Source: a virus
Lineage: Duplodnaviria; Caudoviricetes
Length of the DNA: 35,354 bases
Virus record (IMG/VR): IMGVR_UViG_3300011335_000393
Span: 1 to 35,354 of that record
Direction: 5' to 3' (one strand)
Shown here: one piece after another, positions 8,569-18,103 of the stretch
How the letters are laid out: the number at the start of each line of letters is the position of its first letter
Position numbering within the stretch: position 1 is the stretch's first letter
Notes under the pieces: generated by a model
The model's database searches: none
What the model saw: only the letters and a program-made list of their open reading frames with translations
Told to the model about the DNA's origin: nothing
Made by a program: the position numbers and the translations under genes

Positions 8569-11021
8569 TGGCTTTAGCGCCAATCAATCCGACTAACCTT
8601 ACGCCGCCGCGCGTCGAATTTATCGACCCACGGACAGGCGCAATTAGCCGTGAATGGTATCGGTTCTTTTTATCGTTGTTGACAGCTACGCAGGCTACGC
8701 AAGAAGAAGTTACGTTGGGGACGGACACAGCGTCGCTGTTGGCTACCTACGACGCTATGCTGGCAACAGCTACACAAGCAACAGAAGTTACGTCCGATGG
8801 CATGGTGGCAAGCCTAGAAAGCAGCCTAAACAATCTGCAAAATGCTTTCGGTGTTACACCGCCCGATCTCGGCGGCACTGTCACTTCGGTTGCTGCGTCT
8901 GGTGGAACAACCGGCCTGACCTTTACAGGTTCGCCAATTACGACAAGCGGCACACTTACGCTTGGCGGCACGTTGGCTGTAGCTAACGGCGGTACGGGCC
9001 AGACTAGCTATACAAATGGGCAGTTGCTAATTGGCAACACCACTGGCAACACGCTTACTCCAGCCACACTAACTGCTGGCACAAACATTAGTATTACCAA
9101 CGGCGCTGGGGCTATCACGATTAATGCTTCTGATTCGTTTACGGGTACTGTTACCAGCGTTTCTGTAGTATCTGCAAACGGCTTTGCAGGAACCGTTGCT
9201 ACGGCCACCACAACTCCTGCAATCACTCTTTCCACTTCGGTTACAGGTCTGATAAAGGGTAACGGAACTGCACTGTCGGCAGCGGTCGCTGCTACTGACT
9301 ATGTCGCCCCTAGCGCCTATGCTTCGGCCAATGGCCTTACGATGTCTACCAGCCGTCTATTGGGGCGCACTACTGCCAGCACAGGCGCCGCCGAAGAGAT
9401 TAGCGTAGCTGGAGGATTGACGTTGTCTGCTGGCGTTTTGACCGGCACATCTGGCACAGTCACCAGTGTAACTGGAACTTCACCTGTCGTATCTTCTGGC
9501 GGTACAACCCCCGCTATTAGTATGCCTGCCGCAACAACATCAGTTAACGGATACTTGACTAGTACAGATTGGACTACTTTTAACAACAAAGGGTCTGGTA
9601 CGGTCACAAGTGTCACAGGCACATCACCAGTCGTATCCAGCGGTGGTACAACGCCAGCGATTAGTATGCCTGCCGCAACAACATCAGTTAACGGATACCT
9701 TACTAGCACCGATTGGACTACGTTTAATAACAAGGGTTCAGGAACTGTTACCAGCGTCAGCGGAACAGGCACTGTCAACGGCATTACGCTCACAGGAACG
9801 GTAACGTCTACAGGATCGCTTACGCTTGGCGGAACGCTATCTGGTGTCAGCCTTACAACACAAGTCTCAGGCACACTTCCTATTGCCAATGGCGGCACTA
9901 ATGGAACATCTACACCAACAGCAGGGGCTGTGCCTTATGGAACAGGCACGGCCTATGCGTTTACGGCTGCTGGCACATCTGGACAGGTTCTTACATCGGC
10001 AGGGGCTGGCGTCCCTACATGGACAACACCAACCACAGGCACTGTTACTAGCGTCACAGGCACAGCCCCTGTTGTGTCTTCTGGCGGCGCTACTCCAGCT
10101 ATCAGCATGGCCGCAGCCACAACTTCGGTTAACGGATATTTGACAAGTACTGATTGGAATACGTTTAACGGTAAGCAAGCTACATTAGTCAGCGGAACCA
10201 ATATCAAAACGGTCGGCGGCGTATCCTTACTTGGCTCTGGCGATGTCGGCACTATCGGCGCAACTTACGGCGGCACTGGTCAAAGCAGTTATGCAGTTGG
10301 CGACATTCTGTACGCATCAACAACTACTGCGCTGTCAAAATTAGCTGACGTAGCCACTGGCAACGCAATAATATCAGGCGGCGTTGGTGTTGCACCTTCG
10401 TATGGAAAGATTGGCTTGACTACGCATATTAGCGGCACGTTGGCTGTAGCCAACGGTGGCACGGGCGCAACAACACTAACTTCTGGTTATCTGCTCAAGG
10501 GTAACGGCACATCTGCTGTTAGCGCGTCTGTTGTATATGATGACGGCACAAACATCGGGATTGGCACGAATAGCCCCGCAGATTTGTTGCAAATCTATCG
10601 TTCTAGCGGAAGTGGAATTACTTCAGGCATCTCGTTGTCAACTGCTGCTGGCGGAGTCGGCGATGGCAGCTACATAAAATGGCTGAGTGCTGTAACTGCT
10701 GAAAAAGTTGCTCGTATTGATGGCGTGCTAGAAGGCACAGATGTTGGATCACTTAGATTTAACACTGGAAACGGAGCGGATGGATTTGCCGAAAGGATGC
10801 GTTTGGATGCAAGTGGCAACCTTGGAATTGGGACTACAGCTAACGCATCCGCAATTTTGGACGCGCAGTCTACCACTAAAGGCTTTCGTCTACCCAACAT
10901 GACAACAGTTCAAAAGAACGCCATAGCTAGTCCTGCCGCTGGTCTTATGGTATTTGATACTACGCTTGCCAAAGCCTGTGTATATAGTGGTGCGGCTTGG
11001 CAAACGATTACTTCGATATAA
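8568..11021 (+). CDS. Long tail needle/fibre protein (gp26 position) with internal repeats
   Basis: N-terminal PPRVEFIDPRTGAISREWYRFF; T/G/S-rich body with GTVTSV and xxANGGTG repeats; C-terminal ERMRLDASGNLGIGT and STTKGFRLPNMTT..PAAGLMVFDT modules. Confidence 0.8.
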   Translation: MALAPINPTNLTPPRVEFIDPRTGAISREWYRFFLSLLTATQATQEEVTLGTDTASLLATYDAMLATATQATEVTSDGMVASLESSLNNLQNAFGVTPPDLGGTVTSVAASGGTTGLTFTGSPITTSGTLTLGGTLAVANGGTGQTSYTNGQLLIGNTTGNTLTPATLTAGTNISITNGAGAITINASDSFTGTVTSVSVVSANGFAGTVATATTTPAITLSTSVTGLIKGNGTALSAAVAATDYVAPSAYASANGLTMSTSRLLGRTTASTGAAEEISVAGGLTLSAGVLTGTSGTVTSVTGTSPVVSSGGTTPAISMPAATTSVNGYLTSTDWTTFNNKGSGTVTSVTGTSPVVSSGGTTPAISMPAATTSVNGYLTSTDWTTFNNKGSGTVTSVSGTGTVNGITLTGTVTSTGSLTLGGTLSGVSLTTQVSGTLPIANGGTNGTSTPTAGAVPYGTGTAYAFTAAGTSGQVLTSAGAGVPTWTTPTTGTVTSVTGTAPVVSSGGATPAISMAAATTSVNGYLTSTDWNTFNGKQATLVSGTNIKTVGGVSLLGSGDVGTIGATYGGTGQSSYAVGDILYASTTTALSKLADVATGNAIISGGVGVAPSYGKIGLTTHISGTLAVANGGTGATTLTSGYLLKGNGTSAVSASVVYDDGTNIGIGTNSPADLLQIYRSSGSGITSGISLSTAAGGVGDGSYIKWLSAVTAEKVARIDGVLEGTDVGSLRFNTGNGADGFAERMRLDASGNLGIGTTANASAILDAQSTTKGFRLPNMTTVQKNAIASPAAGLMVFDTTLAKACVYSGAAWQTITSI
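9453..9740 (+). repeat. Tandem 144-bp (48-aa) repeat x2 in fibre gene; third diverged copy near 10038-10175
   Basis: GTVTSVTGTSPVVSSGGTTPAISMPAATTSVNGYLTSTDWTTFNNKGS at 9453-9596 and 9597-9740. Confidence 0.95.
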
Positions 11022-11031
11022 GGATTGACCA

Positions 11032-11367
11032 ATGGCCGTATCTATCAGTAACATCATCCCTGCTAAGACAGCGGAAGCAACTCAGGTAACGCAGTACACG
11101 TCAAATGGCGTGCAGACGATCATCGACAAGTTTACGGCTACGAATTATTCGGCGTCGGCAGCAACGATCAGCGTCAACCTAATTACGGCTGCGGGTACAG
11201 CAGGCAATGACAACTTGATCGTAAAGACCAAGACGCTTCAGCCAGCCGAAACATATACGTTTCCTGAACTGGTCGGTCATGTGCTGCCTAATAATGGCTT
11301 CATCAGCACAATCGCTGGCACGGCATCCGCCATCAACATCCGCGCGTCAGGTCGGCTAGTCAGCTAA
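11032..11367 (+). CDS. Small tail-associated beta protein (hypothetical)
   Basis: 111 aa, AAGGA RBS, follows the fibre gene. Confidence 0.75.
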   Translation: MAVSISNIIPAKTAEATQVTQYTSNGVQTIIDKFTATNYSASAATISVNLITAAGTAGNDNLIVKTKTLQPAETYTFPELVGHVLPNNGFISTIAGTASAINIRASGRLVS

Positions 11368-11801
11368 TGCTGGAGCGGTGCTTTGACGTGGATCGAATAA
11401 ACGAGGTGGCTAACCACCCCGACGTTCGTCCATTTATAGGCCCAATAAGTTTAGGTGAGTTAGACTTTGCCGACGCGGTTCAGTTTGACAAGAACTGGTT
11501 TTTACTTGGCGAACATGGTGGATACGTGTTAGCATGGTCTTCACCTAATGTTTACGAAGTACACGTAATGATATTGCCAGAAGGCCGCGGTAAATGGGCG
11601 GCCAAGGCGCGTCAGTTTACGATTGATTACGCCGTAGAAAACGGTGCTGAAACACTATGGGCGCGAATCGCCCCTAACGCGGCTAGCGTATATATGTACG
11701 CGCGCAAGGGGGGTATGCAACCCACAGGCGAAATGATATATACCCTTGGGTCGGCATACGACCTTTATAAGATGGAGTTACCAAAATGCCACCAGCAATA
11801 A
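11367..11801 (+). CDS. GNAT-like head assembly protein (P22 gp14 / DUF2824-like)
   Basis: YEVHVMILPEGRGKWA and NAASVYMYARKGGM GNAT-like motifs; located just before the ejection genes. Confidence 0.7.
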   Translation: MLERCFDVDRINEVANHPDVRPFIGPISLGELDFADAVQFDKNWFLLGEHGGYVLAWSSPNVYEVHVMILPEGRGKWAAKARQFTIDYAVENGAETLWARIAPNAASVYMYARKGGMQPTGEMIYTLGSAYDLYKMELPKCHQQ

Positions 11802-12523
11802 TCGCAGCCGGTATTGGCGCCGCAGCATCGGTCGGCGGCGGTCTTATGGCTAGCAGCGCAGCTAAGAAAGCATCAAGGGCGCAAGTCCAAGCGTCGCAGG
11901 AAGCTAATGCTGCACAACGGCGTATGTTTGAGGAACAAAAGGCTCTACAAGAGCCGTTCCGTCAAGGTGGCTTGACAGCACAGAATGAGATTATGCAGTT
12001 GCTGGGCATCGGCGGCGACAAGGCCGCTGCGGGCTATGGTAGCCTTGGTAAATCCTTTGGCACTGAGCAATTCCAGCAAGACCCCGGCTATGGTTTCCGT
12101 CAAGCAGAAGGCATGAAGGCGCTAGAGCGATCAGCAGCCGCCCGCGGCAATCTGCTATCCGGCTCCACCCTGAAAGGTGTACAGCGTTTCGGGCAAGACC
12201 TTGCCAGCCAAGAATATCAGAACGCATTTAACCGCTATCAAGTTGAGCGGTCTGCCAAGCTAAACCCGCTGCAATCGCTGATGGGTTCTGGTCAGTCTGC
12301 TACAAACGTGATGACCGGCGCCGCAGGACAGATGGGCCAGAACGAAGCGTCTAACCTGTACAACGCTGGTCAAGCCCGTGCGTCTGGCTACGTTGGTTCA
12401 GCTAACGCATTGACAAATGCTCTAGGCCAAGTTGGTTCTATTGCGTCTAACTATCCTATGAACAACGCCATAATGAATTACTACAACAAGGGCGCACCCG
12501 GCGGCGCAATAAAAGGCTCATAA
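11786..12523 (+). CDS. DNA ejection protein, gp7-like
   Basis: Hydrophobic G/A N-terminus, AAKKAS..Q, EPFRQGG, DPGYGFRQAEG, SAAARG.LLSG.TLK. Confidence 0.82.
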   Translation: MPPAIIAAGIGAAASVGGGLMASSAAKKASRAQVQASQEANAAQRRMFEEQKALQEPFRQGGLTAQNEIMQLLGIGGDKAAAGYGSLGKSFGTEQFQQDPGYGFRQAEGMKALERSAAARGNLLSGSTLKGVQRFGQDLASQEYQNAFNRYQVERSAKLNPLQSLMGSGQSATNVMTGAAGQMGQNEASNLYNAGQARASGYVGSANALTNALGQVGSIASNYPMNNAIMNYYNKGAPGGAIKGS

Positions 12524-12524
12524 T

Positions 12525-14150
12525 ATGCCCAACCAAATGATAGCCCTTCAAGCGCGTAATCCTCAGATTGCTGATCCTGCGGCTCAGACTGCAAAATACG
12601 TCAACATGATGAACATGGCAAAGCAGCAAGAAGCCGCGCAGCGTCAAGCGGCCTTGGCGCAGCAACAGATGGACTATAACAAGTCTCAAGAAGCACGCGC
12701 AGTAGAAACGCAAACTTCAACCCAAAAAGAAGCAGCGTTAACACACCTTAAAAATCTAACGCAATTTTATAAAGATAAATTAGCTACCATTAGCCCTGCG
12801 GATAAGGCCCGTTACGGCGCTTTACGGCAACAAATTATTACTGATATTCCATCATTTGATAACGAGTTGCCGCTTCCTGATGAATGGAACCAAGAGTCAA
12901 AAGTAATTACCATTTCAAAAGCCGACGATGTAATTAAATACTCTCTTGCAACGCCAGTCGCCAGTTTGGAACTTTCGCAACAAGGTATGCCTAGATCAGT
13001 TGTTGTCGGTGGTCTTCCGGGCGCGGCTGAACAAAGACCTGTGTTTGACGCGCCAGAAGCAATGGCGGGGACGCCTGCCCCCGCGGCTGCGGCGCCAACT
13101 AACCCCATGTCGGCTAACGCACCCGCGCCAAACGCTGCCGCGGCTGAACCGGGTTCGCTTGGTTTAGTAATTGCGTCTGCTTTGGAAACAGGCATTATGG
13201 CGCAAGCCGACCTCGACCAAATGCTTTCAAAGGTACAGCCTGAAAGCCGTCCCAAGATTATGAATTGGGTGCGTCAGAATGGCATAAATGTTGCACCAAA
13301 TACGCCTGCGCTAGTGGACAACCAAATGCGTGATACGCCAATGGCGTATGATGGTCAGACACCAGAGTCGCAGTTTGCTGTCTACCGCGGTGAGCCAATG
13401 CAATCGCAGACCGCTGGCCTGCGCGGCGCACCATTAATGGAACAGACGCTGGCACAGAACCGCACAAGCACACCGCTTCAAATGCGTAACCCTAACGTGT
13501 CGCCGTTGCCCGGCTCGTCACAAGTGCCTTTAACCCGTGTTGCCGCGGAAGCACAGGCCGGGCGTGAGTCGCCCGCCGAAGCCGCAGCTAAAGCCCGCGC
13601 TGTCGCTGGCGCGACCGCGGATGCTGAAGCCGCCAAGAAAGAAGCCCAGAAATTGCCGGGCCGCAAACAGGTAAGTATGCTGATCAAAAAAGTCCGTGGC
13701 GCATATGAAGCACTGGATAAAGCTGAAGCTATCCCCTCAGAAGCCCGCGGTGGATTTGCAAACGCAATGGATTATTTTGCGTCTTCAAGCCTTGGACGTG
13801 AAGCGCAAAAGATGGTTGGTACGACAACATCTAAGTACCTATCCGAAATCATCAACTCGCGTAAGCTGTTGGCAACCGCTATTAAAAACGCAAACAATAT
13901 GTCCGCGCAGGAAATGAACTCTAACACAGAGTTGCAGTTGATGTTGGACGCGTTGACAGACCCAACGCAGGGTATTGAAGCTGCGCGTAGCACGCTTAAC
14001 ACGCTAGAAGAACTGTACGGCGTAGCGCCGGCTGCCGCTACGGCACGCAGCACACCTACCCTTCAGACTTTGACGCCAGAACAAGTACGCGCCAACCCTA
14101 AGATTAAGCGTTGGAAAACCACCGACGGAAGGATCATGACGCGGCCATGA
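12525..14150 (+). CDS. DNA ejection protein, gp20-like (by position)
   Basis: 541 aa, Q/A-rich helical protein between the gp7-like and gp16-like genes. Confidence 0.65.
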   Translation: MPNQMIALQARNPQIADPAAQTAKYVNMMNMAKQQEAAQRQAALAQQQMDYNKSQEARAVETQTSTQKEAALTHLKNLTQFYKDKLATISPADKARYGALRQQIITDIPSFDNELPLPDEWNQESKVITISKADDVIKYSLATPVASLELSQQGMPRSVVVGGLPGAAEQRPVFDAPEAMAGTPAPAAAAPTNPMSANAPAPNAAAAEPGSLGLVIASALETGIMAQADLDQMLSKVQPESRPKIMNWVRQNGINVAPNTPALVDNQMRDTPMAYDGQTPESQFAVYRGEPMQSQTAGLRGAPLMEQTLAQNRTSTPLQMRNPNVSPLPGSSQVPLTRVAAEAQAGRESPAEAAAKARAVAGATADAEAAKKEAQKLPGRKQVSMLIKKVRGAYEALDKAEAIPSEARGGFANAMDYFASSSLGREAQKMVGTTTSKYLSEIINSRKLLATAIKNANNMSAQEMNSNTELQLMLDALTDPTQGIEAARSTLNTLEELYGVAPAAATARSTPTLQTLTPEQVRANPKIKRWKTTDGRIMTRP

Positions 14151-15790
14151 AAAAGGATGATCCTTACGCGGGGCTAGGCGTTTACGAACAAATAGATGTA
14201 GACCCCTACGCAGACTTAGGTGTTGTTGAAATAACAACGCCCCGCGCTAAAGCCCCCCGTAAAGGCATGGACAAAGCCACGCAAGTGGCCGGCGTCACAT
14301 CAGGCGCGCTGTTGCCATACGCGACCGCGGCTGGTGCTGGCGCGCTGGCTGGCGCACCTTTTGCTGGCGTCGGCGCTGTCCCCGGCGCGGCAGGCGGCGT
14401 ACTAGCGTTAGGTGCGGGCGATCTCGGCACTAGCGTATACAACATGGGTGCATCACTATTTGGCGGTAAGCGTGTCCCGCTGCCGTCAGAGACTATCCGC
14501 CAAGGCTATGAGGCTGTAGGCGTTGGCCGTCAGCCAGAGACAAGCGGCGAACAAGTGTATAACGATATACTGCAAGCGGGCGCAGCAGGGCTTGGTCAAG
14601 CTAAAGGCTTTCAGACGTTAGCTGACGTAGCCGCGTCGCCGCAATCGCAAAACTTTATGCGCGCTTTAGGCCAGAACGTCAGAGGCCAAGTTGGCGCGTC
14701 CATAGGCGGCGCGGCTGCACCGTCGGTTGCGTCGAACTATTTTAATGTAGAAAACCCATATGCGTTAATGGGGCTGTCTTTGGCTGGCGCAGGGCTTGGC
14801 GGTCAAGTTGCTACGGCAGCGCCCAAGCCAGTAACCGCTGCCGCGTTAAAAGAAGAGTCGGGCAATCTGTACCGTGCAATGGAAAATCAAAATGTAAACA
14901 TCGCGCCGCAAGCGATGACCGATTTGGCAGCCACGGCCCGCACAAAATTAAGCGGTTTGCGCTACGATCCAGACACAGACAAGGTAGTCAACGAAGCACT
15001 AAAGCTGTTCGACGTAAAGTCAGGCAAGCCTATAACATTTGATATGCTTGAAAAATTTAGGCGTTCAGTCCGCGATCTGCCATACAGTGAGGCTGGTGGC
15101 AAACGCGGTACGCCCGACGAGCGGGCTATGGTCAAGGTACTTGATGAAACCATAAGCGATTTTATGGATAGCTTGACACCGGCGCAGACAACGTCTGGCG
15201 ACACGGCGGCGGCGGCATCGCTACTTTCCAAGGCGCGCAATGTCCGCGGACGCGGTTATCAAACTGAAACTCTTGAAAATGCGTTCACCGCTGCCACGCG
15301 GGCCTCAAGCACCGCCGATAGCACTAAGACTTTTCCGCGTGCGCTGCGCGATGAGTTTAGCAAGTTAGCTAAGAACGAGCGTAAGCTATCAAAGTTCGAC
15401 AAGCCAACCCAAGAGTTGATCAAGAAAGTTGCTAACGGCACGGTCACGCAAAAAGTTTTGATGGCGCTGGGTAAGCTATCGCCTAGCGCCCGCCTGTTTG
15501 GTACGCAAATGCCTGTTTATGGCGCTGGCTATGGCGGATTGGCGACAATGTCACCTACGGCGGCTGCCGTTGTAGGTGGGACGCAAACCGCAGCGGCGAT
15601 TGCAAAGGGTGTCGCAAACCGCATGACAAAAGGCCAAGCTAACCGTGCGCTTGTGAGTGCCGCCCAGCCCGGCGGCGGTATAAAGCCCGGCGGGCAAGGA
15701 TTCTACGCTCTTTCACCTGTTGCACAGCAGAACGCACTTGCACAAGACCGGGCTAAGCAAGCGGCAGAACGCCGCCGTCTTGGCTTTTAA
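14147..15790 (+). CDS. DNA ejection protein, gp16-like (by position)
   Basis: Start reassigned to ATG 14147 (ATGA overlap). Gly/Ala-rich hydrophobic segments and a long helical body. Confidence 0.65.
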   Translation: MKKDDPYAGLGVYEQIDVDPYADLGVVEITTPRAKAPRKGMDKATQVAGVTSGALLPYATAAGAGALAGAPFAGVGAVPGAAGGVLALGAGDLGTSVYNMGASLFGGKRVPLPSETIRQGYEAVGVGRQPETSGEQVYNDILQAGAAGLGQAKGFQTLADVAASPQSQNFMRALGQNVRGQVGASIGGAAAPSVASNYFNVENPYALMGLSLAGAGLGGQVATAAPKPVTAAALKEESGNLYRAMENQNVNIAPQAMTDLAATARTKLSGLRYDPDTDKVVNEALKLFDVKSGKPITFDMLEKFRRSVRDLPYSEAGGKRGTPDERAMVKVLDETISDFMDSLTPAQTTSGDTAAAASLLSKARNVRGRGYQTETLENAFTAATRASSTADSTKTFPRALRDEFSKLAKNERKLSKFDKPTQELIKKVANGTVTQKVLMALGKLSPSARLFGTQMPVYGAGYGGLATMSPTAAAVVGGTQTAAAIAKGVANRMTKGQANRALVSAAQPGGGIKPGGQGFYALSPVAQQNALAQDRAKQAAERRRLGF

Positions 15791-15805
15791 CTAGAAAGCA
15801 TTCTC

Positions 15806-15988
15806 ATGGCTAGTATCGACGAAACACAAGCGCAGCTTAATACACACGAACAGGTCTGTGCATTTCGGTACGAGAGTATCTGCGCGCGCATGAAGCGTCT
15901 GGAAAGTATTGGCATAGGTGCTTGTGGAACAATCATAATGCTGCTAATTGGAATCTTGTTAAGCATCTTACTAAAGGGTGTTGCGTGA
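15806..15988 (+). CDS. Putative holin (one C-terminal TM helix)
   Basis: HEQVCAFRYESI coiled coil plus IGACGTIIMLLIGILLSILL; GTGA overlap with endolysin. Confidence 0.55.
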   Translation: MASIDETQAQLNTHEQVCAFRYESICARMKRLESIGIGACGTIIMLLIGILLSILLKGVA

Positions 15989-16377
15989 GCATAGTTTTAG
16001 GTCAACGTAGTTTGTCGCGGTTGGAAGGTGTCCACCCTGACCTAGTACGCGTTGTAAAGAAAGCGGCTGCACTGTCAGACCTTGACTTTACTGTATTAGA
16101 GGGTATACGCAGCGTCGAACGGCAGAAGCAATTAGTCAGCCAAGGCGCATCGAAGACTATGAACTCACGTCACATCACTGGACACGCTGTCGATCTGGCG
16201 CCAATGATAGGCGGCGAAGTGAGATGGGATTGGCCGCTGTATCATAAGCTGGCTAAGATAATAAAATCCGCTGCGGCGGATGAGAAAGTCCCGCTTCAAT
16301 GGGGCGGAGATTGGCGCGCGTTCAAGGACGGCCCACATTGGGAACTGCCTTGGAAGTTTTATCCGAAGGGAAAATAA
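15985..16377 (+). CDS. Endolysin, M15-family L-Ala-D-Glu peptidase
   Basis: GTG start at 15985; EGIRSVERQ, SRHITGHAVD and WGGDW..KDGPHWEL zinc-peptidase motifs. Confidence 0.92.
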   Translation: MSIVLGQRSLSRLEGVHPDLVRVVKKAAALSDLDFTVLEGIRSVERQKQLVSQGASKTMNSRHITGHAVDLAPMIGGEVRWDWPLYHKLAKIIKSAAADEKVPLQWGGDWRAFKDGPHWELPWKFYPKGK

Positions 16378-16378
16378 C

Positions 16379-16564
16379 ATGAAAGTCGTATCTTTTTTAG
16401 TTAGCCGTTTGAAAGAGCCTAGCACCTACGCTGGCTTTGCTGGCATTGCCTTAGCCTTTGGCTTGTCCAGTGAAGAATGGTCAGTGATTGCTACCGCTCT
16501 TGCTGGTCTTGCAGGCGTCGCTGCTATGTTTTTAGTTGAGTCGCCAGCACAATCCGCTGAGTAA
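16379..16564 (+). CDS. Putative holin (two TM helices)
   Basis: RLKEPSTYAG followed by two hydrophobic segments; ATG at 16379. Confidence 0.65.
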   Translation: MKVVSFLVSRLKEPSTYAGFAGIALAFGLSSEEWSVIATALAGLAGVAAMFLVESPAQSAE

Positions 16565-16779
16565 TGATAAAGCTACTTTCGTCTTTGCTGTCGCTGCTTG
16601 ACCGCCTTTGGGCGGCGTGGAGTGAAAACAAGTTGCGGCAGCAAGGACGTCAGCAAGCTATCAAGGAAGCTAACGATGAAATCAATCGGCAAATCGAACT
16701 TGGCGAAGCTGCTATTATCATCCCTGATCCTGAGCGCACTGAGCGGCTGCGCGACCGTTTCGACCGTTCCCGTAAATAG
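16564..16779 (+). CDS. Rz: Inner-membrane spanin (Rz-like)
   Basis: N-terminal hydrophobic anchor and coiled coil; overlaps the lipoprotein gene. Confidence 0.65.
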   Translation: MIKLLSSLLSLLDRLWAAWSENKLRQQGRQQAIKEANDEINRQIELGEAAIIIPDPERTERLRDRFDRSRK

Positions 16780-16909
16780 CTATTGTGCTATTGCGAAACC
16801 CATATCCTACGACGCAACAAAAGATACATCAGAAACTGTCAAAGAAATAGAGGCGCATAACAGCGCCTTTATTTGTATCTGCGAGGATGATTGCCCGAAA
16901 GGCAACTAA
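16676..16909 (+). CDS. Rz1: Outer-membrane spanin lipoprotein (Rz1-like)
   Basis: ATG 16676; signal peptide with lipobox LSGC; overlapped in +1 frame with the Rz-like gene. Confidence 0.75.
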   Translation: MKSIGKSNLAKLLLSSLILSALSGCATVSTVPVNSYCAIAKPISYDATKDTSETVKEIEAHNSAFICICEDDCPKGN

Positions 16910-18103
16910 ATGGCTTCTGCCCTAAAAATTGATGAGGCGCTGTACAAATACTGCACGCCAAGACAGCGCGAAGTTCTGGAAGCAATCGAAATACATGGCA
17001 GCGCAAAGGCTGCGTCCATTTCGTTAGGTATCAACGTAGGCGCGGCAAGCGACGCCTTCATCGCAGTTAAAAAGAAGGCTGCGTTGATGGGCTACGCCCC
17101 AGAGAACGACTTCACCCGGCCAGTGCCAAACGGCTATGTTACCAAGGGCGTGTCAACCTACTACAACTCCGAAGGCAAGCCATCAGGCCAGTGGGTCAAA
17201 GCATCACTGACGCATGAGGCGCTTGTGGATGCTATGCGTGAGACTGTCGCTGGCTTCAAGGATCAGATACAGCCAGCGGCAGCTATTGCTGCTCCAGCGG
17301 CTTCTCAAGAGCATCTGTGCAACCTGTACACCTTCACTGACTATCACCTTGGTATGCTGGCATGGCATCAGGAAGGCGGGGCAGATTGGAACGTGTCCAA
17401 GGCAGAGCAAACTATAATTGCTGCGCTGATACAGATGGTCAATCAAAGCCCAACTGCACACACAGCAGTGCTCAATATCCAAGGTGACTTTCTGCATACG
17501 GATGGCAAGACACCTGTAACGCCAGCATCAAAGCACGTTCTGGACGCGGACAGCCGCTTTCCCAAGATACGCCGGGCAGCCATCCGCATCATCCGCTCAC
17601 TGATGGCGATCTGTTTGCAGCGCCATCAGGAAGTCTATCTAATTATAGCCGAAGGCAACCACGACGAAGAAAGCAGCGGCTGGCTGGCCGACCTGTTCGC
17701 GGTGCATTACGAAGAAGAGCCGCGCGTCACTGTCAACGACAGCGTACTGCCGTTCTATGTGTTCGAGTGGGGCAACACCATGCTGGGCGTTCACCACGGC
17801 CACAAAGTCAAGAACGAATCACTGCCGCTGCTGTTCGCCGCGCAGTTCCCGCGAGAGTGGGGCCGGACTACTCGCAGGGAAATTCACTGCGGACATCGCC
17901 ATCACCGCGACGAGAAGGAATACAATGGTGTGACAGTTGTGCAACACCCTACACTTGCCGCTAGGGATGCTTACGCTGCACGCGGCGGTTGGATTGCGGA
18001 TCGTGCGGCGTGGGCCATCACGTACCATAAAGAGTACGGCGCAGTTGGCCGCGTCATGGTCACAACGGAGATGCTAGGTGCGTCTAGCCATCAGGCGGCC
18101 TAG
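16910..18103 (+). CDS. Calcineurin-like metallophosphoesterase with N-terminal HTH
   Basis: TDYHLG, GDFLH.D, GNHD, HHGH and GHRH motifs; N-terminal TPRQREVLEAIEIHGSAKAASISLGI. Confidence 0.82.
   Translation: MASALKIDEALYKYCTPRQREVLEAIEIHGSAKAASISLGINVGAASDAFIAVKKKAALMGYAPENDFTRPVPNGYVTKGVSTYYNSEGKPSGQWVKASLTHEALVDAMRETVAGFKDQIQPAAAIAAPAASQEHLCNLYTFTDYHLGMLAWHQEGGADWNVSKAEQTIIAALIQMVNQSPTAHTAVLNIQGDFLHTDGKTPVTPASKHVLDADSRFPKIRRAAIRIIRSLMAICLQRHQEVYLIIAEGNHDEESSGWLADLFAVHYEEEPRVTVNDSVLPFYVFEWGNTMLGVHHGHKVKNESLPLLFAAQFPREWGRTTRREIHCGHRHHRDEKEYNGVTVVQHPTLAARDAYAARGGWIADRAAWAITYHKEYGAVGRVMVTTEMLGASSHQAA

Noticed and set aside
9453-10175. Fibre repeats as a diversity-generating retroelement TR/VR pair
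   Set aside because: No reverse transcriptase in the genome; differences are synonymous and not adenine-specific.
8654-10900. Multiple alternative-frame and antisense ORFs in the fibre gene
   Set aside because: Explained by low-complexity Thr/Gly/Ser codons that lack stops in other frames.
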